A stretch of 64,000 nt of DNA. Origin: Hypanus sabinus. Its lineage: Eukaryota. The stretch lies in NCBI RefSeq assembly GCF_030144855.1, contig NC_082730.1:3844001-3908000 (forward strand). Reading direction: 5' to 3'. The first letter of the stretch is position 1, and each line of letters begins with the position of its first letter. Made by a program: the position numbers and the translations under genes. Positions 1-14,231 of this stretch are shown here, in pieces. The notes beneath the pieces are model-generated. The model worked only from the letters and a program-made list of their open reading frames with translations. It was not told where the DNA came from and ran no database searches.

Positions 1-489
1 GAACTTCCTGCTGCCCATCTGTGTGTGTTTTCTCTCTCACTCCAGAGACAACTGCACTCCAGCACCATTTTCAGTTTCACAACCTCAACCACTTCCTGCC
101 ACCATGTTACAACTTTGCAAGTCTTTCATCAAGATCCCACACACCTCAAGCTGCTGAAACCCTTCATTCGTATTCTCTACCTTGTTGATCAATCTGTTGT
201 GTTTTGATGTCACTGGCTCTGTTTCACCAGACTGACCTGTGCCAGCCTCTCACTGGATCTGGCACAAGGCCACAAACAGTATTAATTTATTGCTCTTGCC
301 CCATGTCACTTCCTTTGTTCAACACTGTTCATCCAAACATGCAGCTCAGTCTGCGTCAGGTCACACAGGCTGTTTGTTTGATAAGCCTGTCAGTCTGACA
401 ACATCAAAAACAGCTTTTTATTTGGAACTGGTCTCTTATTTATCAGATTGTCGATCCCACTGCATATACTTTGACTCATTTTTCTAAAT

Positions 490-730
490 TTCAGTGAGTA
501 CAGGCCCCGAGTGGTTCCTGAACCTGGTGGTGTGGAACCTGAGGTCCATACCTCCGTTCCAACAGCAGCAATGAAAGGAGATAACGGACTGGATGGTAGG
601 GGTCCCTGATGATGCATGTTGCTTTCTTGTAGCAGTGCTCCTTGTAGATCTGCTCAGTGGTAGGGAGGGGTTTTCTTGTGATGGACTGGACCGTATCCAC
701 CACTTCATTTCAGCTTTTCTCTTCCTTTGA
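490..730 (-). mobile_element. L2-type LINE 3' RT fragment (paralogue at ~39660-40110)
   Basis: ORF 491..703 contains KKATCIIRDPYHP..LLSLL..ERRY, a degenerate form of the L2 C-terminal KAxSIIKDPxHP..LFSLLPSGRRY motif. Confidence 0.75.
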
Positions 731-1024
731 TCAGGACTGTGGTGATGAGATTAAAGATTAGTCATAGTCTCATTGAAGGGGGAGCAGGGACAAGGGGACA
801 AAAATCCTTTTGTTTTTATTGTTCTTACTTGGTGTGAGGTGACATTCTGACATCAGTCAGTCCTCTCTTGACGTCGAGCGCTGTGGCTTTCTGCCTGTGA
901 TCACACCTCTGTATTTCAGCTTTTGCACAACATGTACTTTCTTGTCAACTGCTCCTCACAACGTACTGACTAGGAGGGGAAGCTTTGTGCAACGCATCAG
1001 CGTCTATACTGTTCCGTGAGAACA

Positions 1025-1079
1025 ATGAACACCAGGCATCTGCTAATCTCCTGCTGGCTAACTCTCTGCACCTCACTCC
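1025..1079 (+). CDS. CD2/SLAM-like receptor copy 1, exon 1 (signal peptide MNTRHLLISCWLTLCTSL)
   Basis: ATG at 1025, hydrophobic 18-mer, then phase-1 donor C|GTAAGT at 1079/1080. Conserved at 40401-40455 and joins the V exon in frame. The link across the 17.6-kb intron is inferred. Confidence 0.8.
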
Positions 1080-1344
1080 GTAAGTTTGATTCAGAGCAAG
1101 TCTTTGTCTTTAAAATCCTTCTCTCCAGGTTCTCTGTTACTTTCTGGACTGGGGCATTTCTTGGTCCCACAGTACTACAGCAAGGAGAGTGTAGGTTGGG
1201 CACAGTGAAGCACAAGTTTGACATAGAGAGCAGGAAAAGCTTGGTTACTTGTGGGTATTAGGACAGAGGATTGGCTCATACTGTAGCCATAGAACCATCC
1301 TGCGGCTAATTCTGGAAACGGAGCTTGAAAAACAGGTATCAGTT

Positions 1345-4300
1345 TTCATATCCATGAATAAATCATGAAAACATTTTATTCCCTTTGTTTTCCATAAAAG
1401 CTTGATCAATTCTTGATGGTTGAAAGAAAAAAAATAGATATAATAGAACTTGACAGGATAAATTTATTCAAACCAAAAAATTTACAAAATTGAAACCATA
1501 CTCATATTGTATGTTAAATTATTGGATATATCAGTTGTTTATTCAATTTAGTAAGTGCAAAGGGAAATGGAGCCCCTAAAATAGAAGCCAGTGAAAACCC
1601 CTGTTCAGACTCCTACTTGAGTTTCATCCATTGTGGACATCGGGCTTCACCCAGCTCTTGTGTCCAAAACATCAATATAGAATCTTAATTGCCCAATAAT
1701 AAAATATAAGATTCAGCAAAGCCAAACCACCTACCTGTTTTGATTTCTGTAAATATTTCTTACTTAATCTGGGATTTCCATTCTGCCATATATATGAAGA
1801 CATTTTAGAATCAATGATATCATAAAAAAGATTTAGGAATGAAAATTGATACCACCTGAAATAGATATAGAAATTTAGGTAAAATAATAATCTTAATAGC
1901 ATTAATTCGACCAATCAAAGATAAGGATAATGGGGACCATATAGTAAACAGTTGTTTAACATGATCAATTAAGGGTAAAAATTGATTTTAAATAGATCCT
2001 TATGCTTCCTAGTAATTTTAACACCCAAATAAATAAAATAATCAGTAATCAATCTAAATGGTGATTGTCTATAAATTGGAACTTGTATATTTAATGGCAA
2101 AAGCACACTCTTATTAAGATTCAATTTATAACCAGAAAAATTACTAAATTGAGCAAGTAGTGTTATTTCTGCAGGAATGGATTTCTCTGGGTTCGAGATA
2201 TGTAGTAACAGGTCATCTGCATATAGTGGTACTTTATGTGTCCCATTCCTACAAATAATGACAAATATATTCAGTGAATCACGAAGAACAATATCAAATA
2301 TTGTTCCAGGGCAATATCAAATAGTAAAGGGTTTAAAGGACAACCCTGTCTAGTACCTCGAAAAGCATAAAAAAAGCTGATCTCTGATTATTGGTAAATA
2401 CAGCAGCCAAGGGTGTGTTATTATATCAATTGATTCCAAGATATAAATTTTGGGTTAAATTAAATTTCTCAAGTATATTAAATAAATTTTCCCATTCAAG
2501 TCTGTCAAACACCTTCTTGGTGTCAAGCGAAATGACACATTCTGGAGCATTAGATGAAGTGGTGTTTACAATGTTCATTAACCTCCTAACATTAAAATTG
2601 AGTAACAATTTTTAATAAATCCTGTCTGGAACTCAGAGACAATTTGTGGCATTACCTTCTCTAATCTAATTGCTAATATTTTGGAAAAGATTTTAGAATC
2701 CATATTCAACAAAGTTATAGGTCTGTATGATGCACATTCAGTGGGATCTTTGTCTTATTTAGGAATTAAAGAAAGAGATGCTTCATAAAAGAATTCTGGT
2801 AATTTACCTACAAATAAAACATCTTTAAAAATTCTACATAACCAGGGAGAAAGTAAATCGGAAAAAGACTTAAAAATTCAGCTGTATACCTATCCGGGCC
2901 AAGTGCTTTACCAGAGTTCATCAAAAAATTGCTTTCTTTATTTCCTCTTTAGTAATGGGCGCATCTAATGCTAAATGTTCATCAGCTGGTAATTTTGGAA
3001 TATTCAGTTTCCTTAACAATTCATGCATTATGGTAGGATCATCAGGAAATTCTGATTGAAATAAATTGGTGTAAAATTCTTGAAAAAATTATTAATTTCA
3101 TCATGGTCAGTGGTCAAAATACCATCCCATCTATAAACTTTATTAATCTGATGTTTCGCTAAAGCAGCTTTCAATTGGTTAGCCAATAATTGACCTGATT
3201 TATCATCATGTATATAAAATAACACTTGGTTTTAAGTAATTGATTTTCAAATCGGGGATGTTAATAACAAACTATGTTGCATCTGAAGTTCAACTCTCTC
3301 TTTATAAAGCTCTAGGTTGGGAGCAATAGAATTTTTTTAATGAATTTCTTTAATCTTATCAACCAATGTGCGTATTTCACTATTAATCTGGTTTTTCAGT
3401 TCTTCAAAGTTTGAAATAATTTGCCCACAGATAAATTTCTTTAAAGGTACCCCATAATATCCCACTGGAAATTTCTTCCATTGAGTGAGTTGTAAAGAAA
3501 AATGCAATCTGTTCTTTATAATAAGATTAACAAAATTTAAATCATGAAGCAAAATAGTGTTGAACCATCATTGTCTAGTACTAAAAGTTACATCAATTAA
3601 TTTAATTGATAATTTCAAAGGCGCATCATCAGAAATGGAGATTGCATCATAATTACAGGCAGTGATAGATGAAAATAATAGAGAATCAATAATTAAGTAA
3701 TCGATTCTAGAGTAATTATGAGATACATGAGAAAAGAAAGATAACTCTTTATCATTAGGATCTAAAAACCTCCAAATTAAAATTCTCAAGTCAACTCAAA
3801 AGGAATTAACAAAAGTAGCAGATTTGTTTGGAAGTACCTGATTGGGCACAGAGCTATCCATCATAGGATTCAGATAACACTTAAAATATCCACCCATTTT
3901 TCACATATATTCATTTAAATTGGGAAGAGATACAAATATATGCTTGAAGAATTCAGGACAGTCAGTTTTTGGTGCATAAATATTAACCAAAATTACTTTT
4001 TGGTTATAAAGTAAATATGGGTCTGAGATTGTCTCATAATGAACAAATGAGATCGAGGTGTCTATATAAAAATGGATATGCCTTTTGCTTTGGTTGAAGA
4101 GTTAGAATGAAACTGTGCACTTTCCAAAACCTAAAAAACTGCTGATTATCATCCTTCCTCACATGAGACTCCTGCGCAAAAAATAATCTGAGCATTTGAT
4201 GTAAGAAAAACATTTTAAAATCTTCCATTGTTTAATTGGGTGATTCAAGCCATTCGTGTTCCATGAAACAAAATTAATAATAAACCATATAATATGTAAA

Positions 4301-7107
4301 GGGGTAACCATATTGGATTGGAAACTCATGAATCAGGAAGAGGGAAATATTTAAAGTTTAAAAGTTTAAAGAGGAAAGAGAAGTTACGACAATACAGACT
4401 TTTCTGTAGTTTCAGATCAGCCCAAATGAAAAATACTGAACTAAAAACCGTTCCCCCCTACTCCCACAAAGACCAGAAACCTGCCAATAGAAAGCCAGGG
4501 AACTATCTAAGAAACTCCCTATCCCCAGCGCTCTTGACAGCAAGTCTCCAAATTTTTAAAAAAATAAAATAACCACCCCTAGTCAAAACATTGCGAAAGG
4601 AATGCCAAAGAGAAGTTAAGAAGAAAACAACCATTTGAAGACCATTTTAAAAGAGGTCTTAAAAAATGAAGCAGAATACAATCTTAATAATATTTCAAGA
4701 AAAAAACAAATAATCACCAAGCCAGAGTCTTAATAACTTTCTAAAATGAACAATTAAAAATAAACTAAAATAATAAAAGAAAGGAACTTTAACATAGAAA
4801 CATAATAAACCTCCGCACGCCAAAGCGAAGTACCAGAGGAATCGGCCCAAGGACAAAGTTCTACGAACTTAAAATGTCCAAATCTATAGACTAGTTATTA
4901 ACTAATAAACCAGAAGTATACAAACATAAAGGAACGGTAAATTTATTAAACATCCGAGCTCAAACAATGCTCCTCGAGAAATTGTTGTGTGTCATCTACG
5001 GATTTAAACCACTTAAACAGTTTATCAGGCAGAAAAAACCTTAAACGAGTGGGGTATAGCACAGCCAGTCAGAATTTCCTTTGATATAATCCTGACATCA
5101 CCAATTTAAATCTCAATCTTTCTTGCATTACCTCAGGACAATAATCTTTAACCAGACGAAACTTAAAATTTTGATGTTCAGTAATTCCTTTCTGACGAGC
5201 AATTTGAAGTAAGTGCTGTTTAGTACTCATATAGTGGAATCAAAGAATCACAGGGCATGGTTTTAACTCTTTCAATGGTTTTGGTCTTAACCCCGATGCA
5301 TATGGTCGAGTACCGCAGAAGAAGACAAGACCTCCGAGCCAAAGGCCTCCATTATGAATTGAGATAAAGATTTAGTAAGATCCCTGCTCTCAACGTCTTC
5401 ACTGAGTCCTATTATTCACAAATTCTGTCTGTGACTACGACTCTCCAAATCAATAATCTTGACTTTATACTGCTCCAATGTATGACTGACAGATTATTGA
5501 TCCCGTGGGAAATTGGGTTTTGTTACTGTTGCACCAACCAAGAATAGTGTATAAATATAGCAATATAAAACCTTAAATATTTAAATAATAATAAGTTAAT
5601 CATGCCAAGTGGAAAGAAGTCCAGGACCAGCCTATTGGCTCAGGGTGTCTGACACTCCGAGGGAGGAGTTGTAAAGTTTGATGGCCACAGGTAGGAATGA
5701 CTTCCTATGACACTCAGTGTTACATCTCGGTGGAATGAGTCTCTGGCTGAATGTACTCCTATGCCTAACCAGTACATTATGGGGTGGATAGCAGACATTG
5801 TCCAAGATGGCATGCAACTTGGACAGCATCCTCTTTTCAGACACCACCGTCAGAGAGTCCAGTTCCACACCCACAACATCACTGGCCTTACGAATGAGTT
5901 TGTTGATTCTGTTGGTGTCTGCTACCCTCAGCTTGCTGCCCCAGCATACAACAGCAAACATGATAGCATTGGCAACCACAGCCTTGTAGAACATCCTCAG
6001 CATTGTCCTGCAGATGTTAAAGGACCTCAGTCTCTTTAGGAAATAGAGACAGCTCTGACCCTTCTTGTAGACAGCCTCAGTGTTCTTTAACCAGTCCAGT
6101 TTATTGTCAGTTCGTATCCCCAGGTATTTGTAATCCTCCAGCATGTCCACAGTGACCCCTTGGATGGAAACAGGGGTCACTGGTGCCTTAGCCCTCCTCA
6201 GGTCCACCACCAGCTCCTTAGTCTTTTTCACATTAAGCTGCAGATGATTCTGCTCACACCATGTGACAAAGTTTCCCACCGTAGCCCTGTACTCCACCTC
6301 ATCTCCCTTGCTGATGCATCGAACTATGGCAGAGTCATCAGAAAACTTCTGAAGATGGCAAGACTCTGTGTTGTAGTTGAAGTCTGAGGTGTAGATGGTG
6401 AAGAGAAAGGGAGACAGTCCCCTGTGGAGCCCCAGTGCTGCTGACCACTGTGTTTGACATGCAGTGTTGCAAGTGCACGTACTGTGGTCTGCCAGTCAGG
6501 TAATCAATAATCCATGACACCAGGGAAGCATCCACCTGCATCACTGTCAGCTTCTCCCCCAGCAGAGCAGGGCAGATGGTGTTGAACGCTCTGGAGAAGT
6601 CAAAAAGCATGACCCTCACAGTGCTCGCCAGCTTGTCCAGGTGGGTGTAGACACATTTCAGCAGGTAGAGTAGCCAAGGTTAGGTTCTTTTCCAAAGAAG
6701 TCAATCTAGAATCTCTCTGTTTCCCAGCTTCACTAAGCTCTGAAATTTGCTGTTGCTGTTTTACATTCTCCTTTTTGAGTGCTGCCAGTTTACCTCCATT
6801 CTCCTTTTAACAATAGCAGCGAAGCTCTTATCGAATTTTTCATCCAAAAGATTCGAGACAGTCTGCAAAGTGAGTTGAGGCTGTTGAGGTTGTTTGAAGA
6901 CACCTTTCTTCTCATTTCCATTACCGGTTTCCTTGCTTTCGGCTAATGCCTTTCTTCCTTAGTAGTCATTTTCATTAATTAAAATTCAGAATTCAAACAT
7001 ATAAAGTTGTTAAAAACACTCTGATATAGATAATGAAAGGGAGGTAAGGAAATTGAAAAATGATGGGAGCAGAGCCAAAATTTGACCTACTCCATCCAGC
7101 ACCTCCA
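1345..7107 (-). mobile_element. Degenerate L1-clade LINE (5'UTR, ORF1, EN, RT; 3'-truncated), interrupted by a Rex1/Babar copy
   Basis: EN remnants (FFAQESHVRK 4034..4228; FSFFSHV.HNYSRIDY..SDDAPL 3568..3789), RT (ISLDTKKVFDRLEW 2426..2608) and post-RT (IWQNGNPRLSKKYLQKSK..GGLAL 1672..1914). ORF1 remnants lie at ~4770-5520 and ~6680-6970. Many stops and frameshifts. Confidence 0.9.
5540..6672 (-). mobile_element. 5'-truncated Rex1/Babar-like LINE (RT C-terminal half) nested in L1 ORF1
   Basis: ORFs 6338..6619 (VMLFDFSRAFNTI, GAPQGTV) and 5632..6297 (NHLQLNVKKTKELVVD, YKYLG, HRKSFLPVAIKLYNSS). Confidence 0.85.
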
Positions 7108-7109
7108 AT

Positions 7110-7667
7110 AGAATCCAGAATGAGTCAAATGCCCGCTTCGGTGCCGCTGCTACTGTGCGGTCCGGAATCTCTGGAGGAGAAGGCCTCCGAGACCTCGGCT
7201 TTCCTTGTTTCGGTGGCTGGGACGAGGTCAAAGGTGCTCGGCAGAGGAGGGCGCTCGGGAGGCTGTATCGGAGGGGCTGGTGGAGGCTCGAAGTTTTCAG
7301 ACGGACTCAGAGTCTGCTGTGGTCGGTACTTCCAAGGCATTAGTTGTCAGTGCCTGGAAGTTTATGGCAGGGAGAGCTTCTCCCTTTTGCTGCCTGATAT
7401 CAGGACTATTGGAGTCGATAAGGACTTGTGACTTTTTTTAAAAACCGTGCCCATGGTCTGCTTTAATCAAATTACGGTATTGCTTTGCACTGCTGTAACT
7501 ATATGCTATAATTATATGGTTTTGTCAGTGTGAGTCTTTGGTTTGTCCTTTTTTTGTTTTGTGATATCACTCTGGAGGAACATTGTATCATTTCTTAATG
7601 CATGCATGCATTTCTAAATCACAAGAAAAGAGGACTGAGTGTCCTCATAATCTAATCTAATAATCTA
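7110..7667 (+). mobile_element. Non-autonomous LINE-derived/SINE-like element with (AATCT/AATCTA)n tail, 5'-truncated
   Basis: Ends in gtcctcataatctaatctaataatctaat. Clearly related to, but more diverged from, 40795-41473 than the surrounding duplicon is. Confidence 0.6.
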
Positions 7668-8844
7668 ATAAATCTGAGGATTGAGATTGATTATGAACAC
7701 AGCAAAGGGTAACAGAAATATTGTTGAAGAAAAGGAAAATGGACAATTGAAGGATATTAAGAACAGTCTGTGAGAGCCAGAATCAGGAAAAGAAACAAAT
7801 ATAGCAGCAGGTACAACTGTGGTTCCCTTACAGACAGAGGTGGGTCTTTGCAGTTGGGAATGAAGGAACAGTGGAGGAAATAAACCATAGCTTCTTGTGT
7901 GCCTTTGTGGAAGACACAAAAACCTGCCAGAAATACAGAATAGACAAGTGTTGAATGCAAGGGTAGAAATAAAATCAGTCAGCATCAATGATGAAATACC
8001 ATCATGAAAATTGATAACTGACACAGGCCTGATGAACTCCATCCCGGAGTTTGTGACAAGATGTCAGTAGTGTTACTCAACTTTCTGGTTATCATCTGCC
8101 AAACTCTACAGTTTCAGGAATGGTTCCTTCAGACTGTTTCAAAAAGGAGGGAGAGAGAGAAAACTGGGAACCACTCACCTGCCCAACTGACACTGGGAAC
8201 AGGGACAATGTTGGAATCTGTAATAATGGGTGTGAAATGCAAGCTGAAGAGGAATTATCACAAAGATTGATCAGACTGGTTTCTGATGTGGTGGATCTGA
8301 CTTGTCACTAGCGTGGGAAATAGACTACACCTGTATTGAATAAACAACAATTAAGTAACAATAAACAACCTGTTCTTGGATGTGGTGGTGCAAATCCTGA
8401 GGCACTTGTACCTTTTGCTTGATGAGAGCAGTGAGAAAAGTGCATGGCCTGGGTGGTGAGGATCTTTGCTTATGGCAATGATTCATGTAGGCGCTTCCAG
8501 TGGCTGGAAGGGTTATATCCGTGATGTACTGGATTGAATTTGCCTATTTTGTAGGATTTTCACTTAAATACATGGTGTTCCCATACCAGGCCATAATGAA
8601 GCCAGCCAGCACACTGTGGTAAATCATTGGGATTCTCTGGTGAGGAATTCTTCTTTCATTGATTGTTTTCTAGATATTAAAGAGATCAAGAGATTAAAGA
8701 GTTTTAGCCAGGATCAGTTGAATACGTTGTGTGGTTCAATGGTAGCACGTCCGCTTCCTGCTCCTGCTCATCATGTTGACACGAGCTCGGCAAAATGTTT
8801 GTGAACCCCGATCACACAATGGAACATCAGAGCGGGGAGTGTGA

Positions 8845-9078
8845 GTGTTTGCATGTGAGTGTGTGATTGAGGGAGAGAGAGAACAATGGTGCGTGTCTGC
8901 GTGTGAGTCTGTGTGTGTGTTTGTCTGAGAATTGGGATCACACATGGAACAACAGAGCATACAGTGTCAGTGTTTGCATGTGTGTGTGAGTGTGTGTGAG
9001 TGCATGTATGTGTGTAAGCATGAGCAATGTTCTCTGTGTGTGTGAGTGTGTGCGTGTTTCTCTGTGTGAGTGTGTGCG

Positions 9079-9121
<43 letters not shown>
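8845..9121. repeat. Compound (TG)n microsatellite region
   Basis: Interrupted TG runs ending in a pure TG tract at ~9083-9121. It is the source of the spurious HT-rich ORFs 8771..9151 and 8967..9185. Confidence 0.95.
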
Positions 9122-9123
<2 letters not shown>

Positions 9124-9480
9124 GGTAGCAAGAGATATGAACATAGATCACACAATGGGAAACTTGAGTAAGGCGTATGTGTCACAACTATGGGTTGTTT
9201 TTAAACAAGAAAGGGATTTTATCAATTTGTATGTGGATTGTATTTTCTCAGTGTCACCTCGTAGGCATGTAATGTTCATTTGTTTGTGAACTTTACATGT
9301 CTAATTGTTTGTCTTTGCACAAAGTGGGTTTTCACTTTGTGTTGCAAGTGTCTCATTTGAGATCACAAGGATTGTTAGGATCTCTTTATATTGATCACTT
9401 TTATTCAATTTGGTTTGACGTGCTTTCTTGATCACTGTGTAAGCTGGAAAGACCCAGATTCTATATTGTTGATAAGGATG

Positions 9481-12400
9481 CAAAGAACCAAAGAAAACCT
9501 ACAGCACAATACAGGTCTTCAGCCCACATATCCCTACCTTAGAAGTCACTAGGCTTACCTATAGCCCTCTATTTTACTAAGCTCTATGTACCTAACTAAA
9601 AGCCTCTTAAAAGCCCCTATTGTATCTGCCTCCACCACTGCTGCTGGCAGCCCATTCCACGCACACACCACTTTTTGAGTAAAAACTTACCCCTGACATC
9701 TCTTCTGTACTTACTCCCCAGCACCTTAAACCTGTGTCCTCTTGTGGCAACCATTTCAGCCCTGGGAAAATGCATCTAACTATCCACATGAGCAATGCCT
9801 CTCATTGTCTTATACACCTCTATCAGGTCTCCTCTCATCCTCTGTCACTCCAAGGAGGAGGCCAAGTTCACTCAACCTGTTTTCATAAGGCATGCTACCT
9901 AATCCAGGCAACATCCTTGTAAATCTCCTCTGCACCCTTTCTATGGCTTCCACATCCTTCCTGTAGTGAGGCGATCAGAACTGAGCACAGTACTCCAAGT
10001 GGGGTCTGACCAGGGTCCTATACAGCTGCAACGTTTCCTCTCGACTCCTAAATTTAGTTCCACAATTGATGAAGGCCAATACACCATATGTCTTCTTAAT
10101 CACAGAGTCAACCTGCACAGATGCTTTGAGCATCCTTTGTACTCAGACCCCAAGATCCCTCTGATCCTCCACACTGCCAAGAGTCTTACCTTTAATACTA
10201 TATTCTGCCATCATATTTGACCTACCAAAATGAACCACTTCACACTTATCTGGGTTGAACTCCACCTGTTACTTCTCAGCTCAGATTTACATCCTATCGA
10301 TGTCCCGCTGTAACCTCTGACAGCCCTCCACACTATCCACAACACCTCCAACCTTAGTGTCATCAGCAAACTTACTAACCAATCCCTCCACTTCCTCATC
10401 CAGGTCACTTATAAAAATCACGAAGAGTAAGGGTCCCAGAAGTGCTCTCTGTGGCACTCCACTAGTGACTGACCTCCATGCAGAATATGACCCGTTTACA
10501 ACCACTCTTTGCTTTCTGTGGGCAAGCCAGTTCTGGATCCACAAAGCAATGTCCCCTTGGATCCCATGCCTCTTTACTTTCTCAATAAGCCTTGCATAGG
10601 GTACCTTATCAAATGTCTTACTGAAATCCATATGTACTACATCAACTGCTCTTCCTTCATCAATGTGTTTAGTAACATCTTCAAAAAATGCAATTAGGCC
10701 CGTAAGGCATGTCCTGCCCTTGACAAAGCCATGCTGACTACTCCTAAGCATATTATACATCTCCAAATGTTCATAAATCCTGCCTCTTAGGATCTTCTCC
10801 ATCAACTTACCAATCACTTAGGTAAGACACTGGACTATAATTTTCTGGGCTATCTCTACTCCATTTCTCGAATAAATGAACAGCATCCTCAACCCTCCAA
10901 ACTTCTCCCATCCCCATTGATGATGCAAAGATCATTGCCAGAGGCTCAGCAATCTCCTCTCTTGCCTTCCACAGCAGCCTGGGGTACATCTCATCCAGTC
11001 CCAGCGATTTATCCAACTTGATGCTTTCCAAAAGCCTCAGCACATCCTCTTTCTTATTATCTACATGGTCAAGCTTTTCAGTCTGCTGCAATCATCACTA
11101 CAATCACCAAGATCCTTTTCCATAGTGAATACTGAAGTGAAGTATTCATTAAATACCTCTGCTATTTTCTCTGGTTCCATACACACTTTCCCACTGTCAC
11201 ACTTGATAGGTTCTATTCTTTCATGACTTATCCTCTTGCTCTTCTCATTCTCATAGAATGTCTTGGGCTTTTTCTTAATGCAGCCCGCCAAGGACTTCTC
11301 ATGGCCCCTTCTGGCTCTCCTAATTTCCTTCTTAAGCTCCTACCTAGTAGCCTTATAATCTTCTAGATCTCTAAAATTACCTAGCTCTCTGAATCTTTTG
11401 TAAGCTTTTCTTTTCTTCTTGACTAGATTTATTACAGCTTTTGTACACCATGATTCCTGTACCCTACCATAGCTTCCCTCTCTCATTGGAATGTACCTAT
11501 ACAGAACTCCACACAAATATCCCCTGTATATTTGCCACATTTCCTCCGTACTTTACCCGGAGAACATCTTTTTTTTTCAATTTAAACCTCCAGTTTCCTG
11601 CATGATAGTCCCATAATTCCCCTTATTCCAATTAAACTCTTTTCTAACTTGTCTGTTCCTATCTCTCTCCAATGCTATTGTAAAGGAGACAGAATTATGA
11701 TCACTATCTCCAAAATGCTCTCCCACTGAGAGATCTGACACTGGACCAGGTTATTTCCCAATACCAAATCAAGTACCACCTCTCCTCTTGTAGGCTTATC
11801 TACATACTGTGTCAAGAAACCTTCCTGAACACACCTAACAAACTCCACCCCATCTAAACCCCTTGATCTAGGGAGATGCCAATCGATATTTGGGAAATTA
11901 AAATCTCCCATCACGACAACTCTGTTATTATTACACCTTTCCAGGATCTCTTTCCCTATCTGCTCCTCGATATCCCTGTTACTATTGGGCAGCCTATTAA
12001 AATAAAAACCAGTAACATTATTGACCCCATCTTGTTCCTAAACTGTACCCACAGAGATTTCATAAACAATCCCTCCATGGCGTCCATCTTTTCTGCAGCT
12101 GTGACACTATCTCTGATCAGCAGTTCCATGCCCCCACCTCTTTTGCCTCTCTCCCTCTCCTTTCTGAAACATCCAAAACCCGGCACTTGAAGTAACCATT
12201 CCTATCCCGGAGTCATCCAAGTCTCTGTAATGGCCACCACATCATGTCTCCAGATACTGATCCACGCTCTAAGCTCATCGGCTTTGTTCACAACAGTCCT
12301 TGCGTTAAAATAGACACATCTCAAACCTTCAGTCTGAACGTGTCCCTTCTCTAACACCTGCCTACTCTCCCTCTTGCACTGTCTACAAGCTGTCTCTATT

Positions 12401-13650
12401 TGTGAGTCAATCTCCTCTTCCCCAGTCTCTTCTGTTTGGTTTCCACCCCGCAACAATTCTAGTTCAAACTCTCCCCAGTATCCTTAGCAAAACTCCCCTC
12501 AAGGATATTAGTCTCCCTGGGATTCAAATGCAACCCATCCTTTTTATACAGGTCACACCTGCCCCAAAAGAGGTCCCAATGATCCAGAAATCTAAATCCC
12601 TGCCCCCTGCACCAATCCCTCAGCCACGCATTTATCCTCCACCTCATTCTATTCCTATTCTCACTGTCGCGTGGCACAGGCAGTAATCCCCAGATTACTA
12701 CCTTTGCAGTCCTGCTTCTCAACCTCTTTTGTAACAACCTGTAGTCTCTTTTCAGGACCTCTTAACTTTTCCTACCTACGTCATTGTGTATGTCAATGTG
12801 TACCATGACCTCTGACTGTTCTCCCTCCCACTACAGGATATCTTGGATGTGATCAGAGCCATCCCGGACCCTGGCACCAGGGAGACAAACTACCATCCAA
12901 GTTTCTTTCCTGCATCCACAAAGTCGCCTGTCTGACCCACTAACTATAGAGTCCCCTATCACTCCTGCCTTCCTCATCCTTTCCCTACCCTTCTGAGCCA
13001 CAGGGCCAAACTGTGCCAGAGGCACAGCCACTGCCATTTCCCCCAGGTAGGTTGTCCCCCCCCCCAACAGTACTCAAACAGGAGTACTTATTGTCAAGGG
13101 GTACAGCCACAGGGGTACTCTCTAGTACCTGACTCTTTCCCTTCCCCTTCCTGACTGTGACCCACTTGTCTGCGTCCCGTGGCCCTGGTGTGACCAGCTG
13201 CCTTTAATTCCTCTCTATCAGCTCCTCGCCCTCCTTGACTAGGCGAGGGTCATCGAGCTGCTTCTCCAGTTCCCTAACTCAGTCCCTCAGGAGCTGCAGC
13301 TCAACACATCTGGTGTGAATATGGCCGTCCAGGAAGCTGGGAGACTCCAGGACCCCCCACATCTGACACCAAGCACCGAAAACTGGGCTCACACACATAC
13401 TACCTCCTTCCAGCAGTTATCACAGTTAAACCTACTCCGCCTCGACCTGTTACTGCCTAAGCCCATCGAGCTAAAGCCCTAGCACTCTGCTGCCTCTCAC
13501 TCCGCTGCCCGCTGGATATGGCTGCCTTCTTTTTAAACCTTTCACACTCTACTCATTGAGGTCTTGTGCCTGCGCAGTCTCGCCTCTCTTTTAACCCGAG
13601 TAGTAAAAAACTCCCTTCGTTCCAAAAATTCAGCCGTTCACTCACAGCCA
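9481..13650 (-). mobile_element. Near full-length degenerate CR1 LINE (SGNH/esterase-type ORF1, EN, RT, 3'UTR)
   Basis: ORF1 remnants VIGDSIV..CLPGARVRD (12831..13067) and NAWLRDWCRGQGFRFLDHW..DGLHLN (12459..12737). EN: CVYFNART..DVVAITETW and MGDFNFPNIDW. RT: [29 protein letters not shown] (10287..10817). Confidence 0.92.
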
Positions 13651-14231
13651 TCTTGCTCCGAATCAAGAAGGCCTGCTTCAAATCTGTCAACAATCTCTAC
13701 AGTAGCTGTTTCAATCAAGACAGGGTTGTGTACACATTCTGTCTTGATTATGTTGAGGTCTGTGTTGTTCTGACACCATGACAAAAGCATCATGATCACT
13801 TTCCTGCAGAGTGAACTCACACATATGACCTTCAGTAGTTTGTTTAGATTTAGTCAAGTTCAGTTTGTACTCCTCCTGCTTATTGACACCCCTCTCTGCT
13901 TCCTTGTTGCACCTCTTCAGCCTTCCAGATTTCCCGGCATTGGGGTCCTCCTCCCAACCCAGTTTTATCAAATTTGAAGCTCAGTCTACCTCCCTTGTGA
14001 TTAGATTCAGTCTGATCACAGTCTGTCCTAGTAGAACTGTACTCACCTTCTCCAGTACTAATGCCAATCCCACAGGGACTAAAAGCCATAGCAGGGTCTG
14101 AGTAACTCCTCCCCGATCCCATTAACTCTGTCATGATGTGCTTGTGGGTTGGGCAATAATGCAAAGATTGAGACGTTTGTGGTCATGTTTGTGAATGTAA
14201 CCCCGGTTGCTCAGTGTCTGGGGAGATTTGA

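Noticed and set aside
8061-8270. MSVVLLNFLVIICQTLQ.. (also 42189..42398) as the receptor signal-peptide exon
   Set aside because: No suitable splice donor follows the hydrophobic stretch. The 1025/40401 exon has a phase-1 GTAAGT donor that joins the V exon in frame.
8771-9185. His/Thr-rich ORFs
   Set aside because: Translations of (CA)n microsatellite.
14048-14125. Minus-strand leader-like segment (TLLWLLVPVGLALVLEK) ending at a strong AAG|GTGAGT donor
   Set aside because: The hydrophobic frame has an in-frame TAA upstream and no ATG; the ATG-containing frame is not hydrophobic; no downstream domain exon was found.
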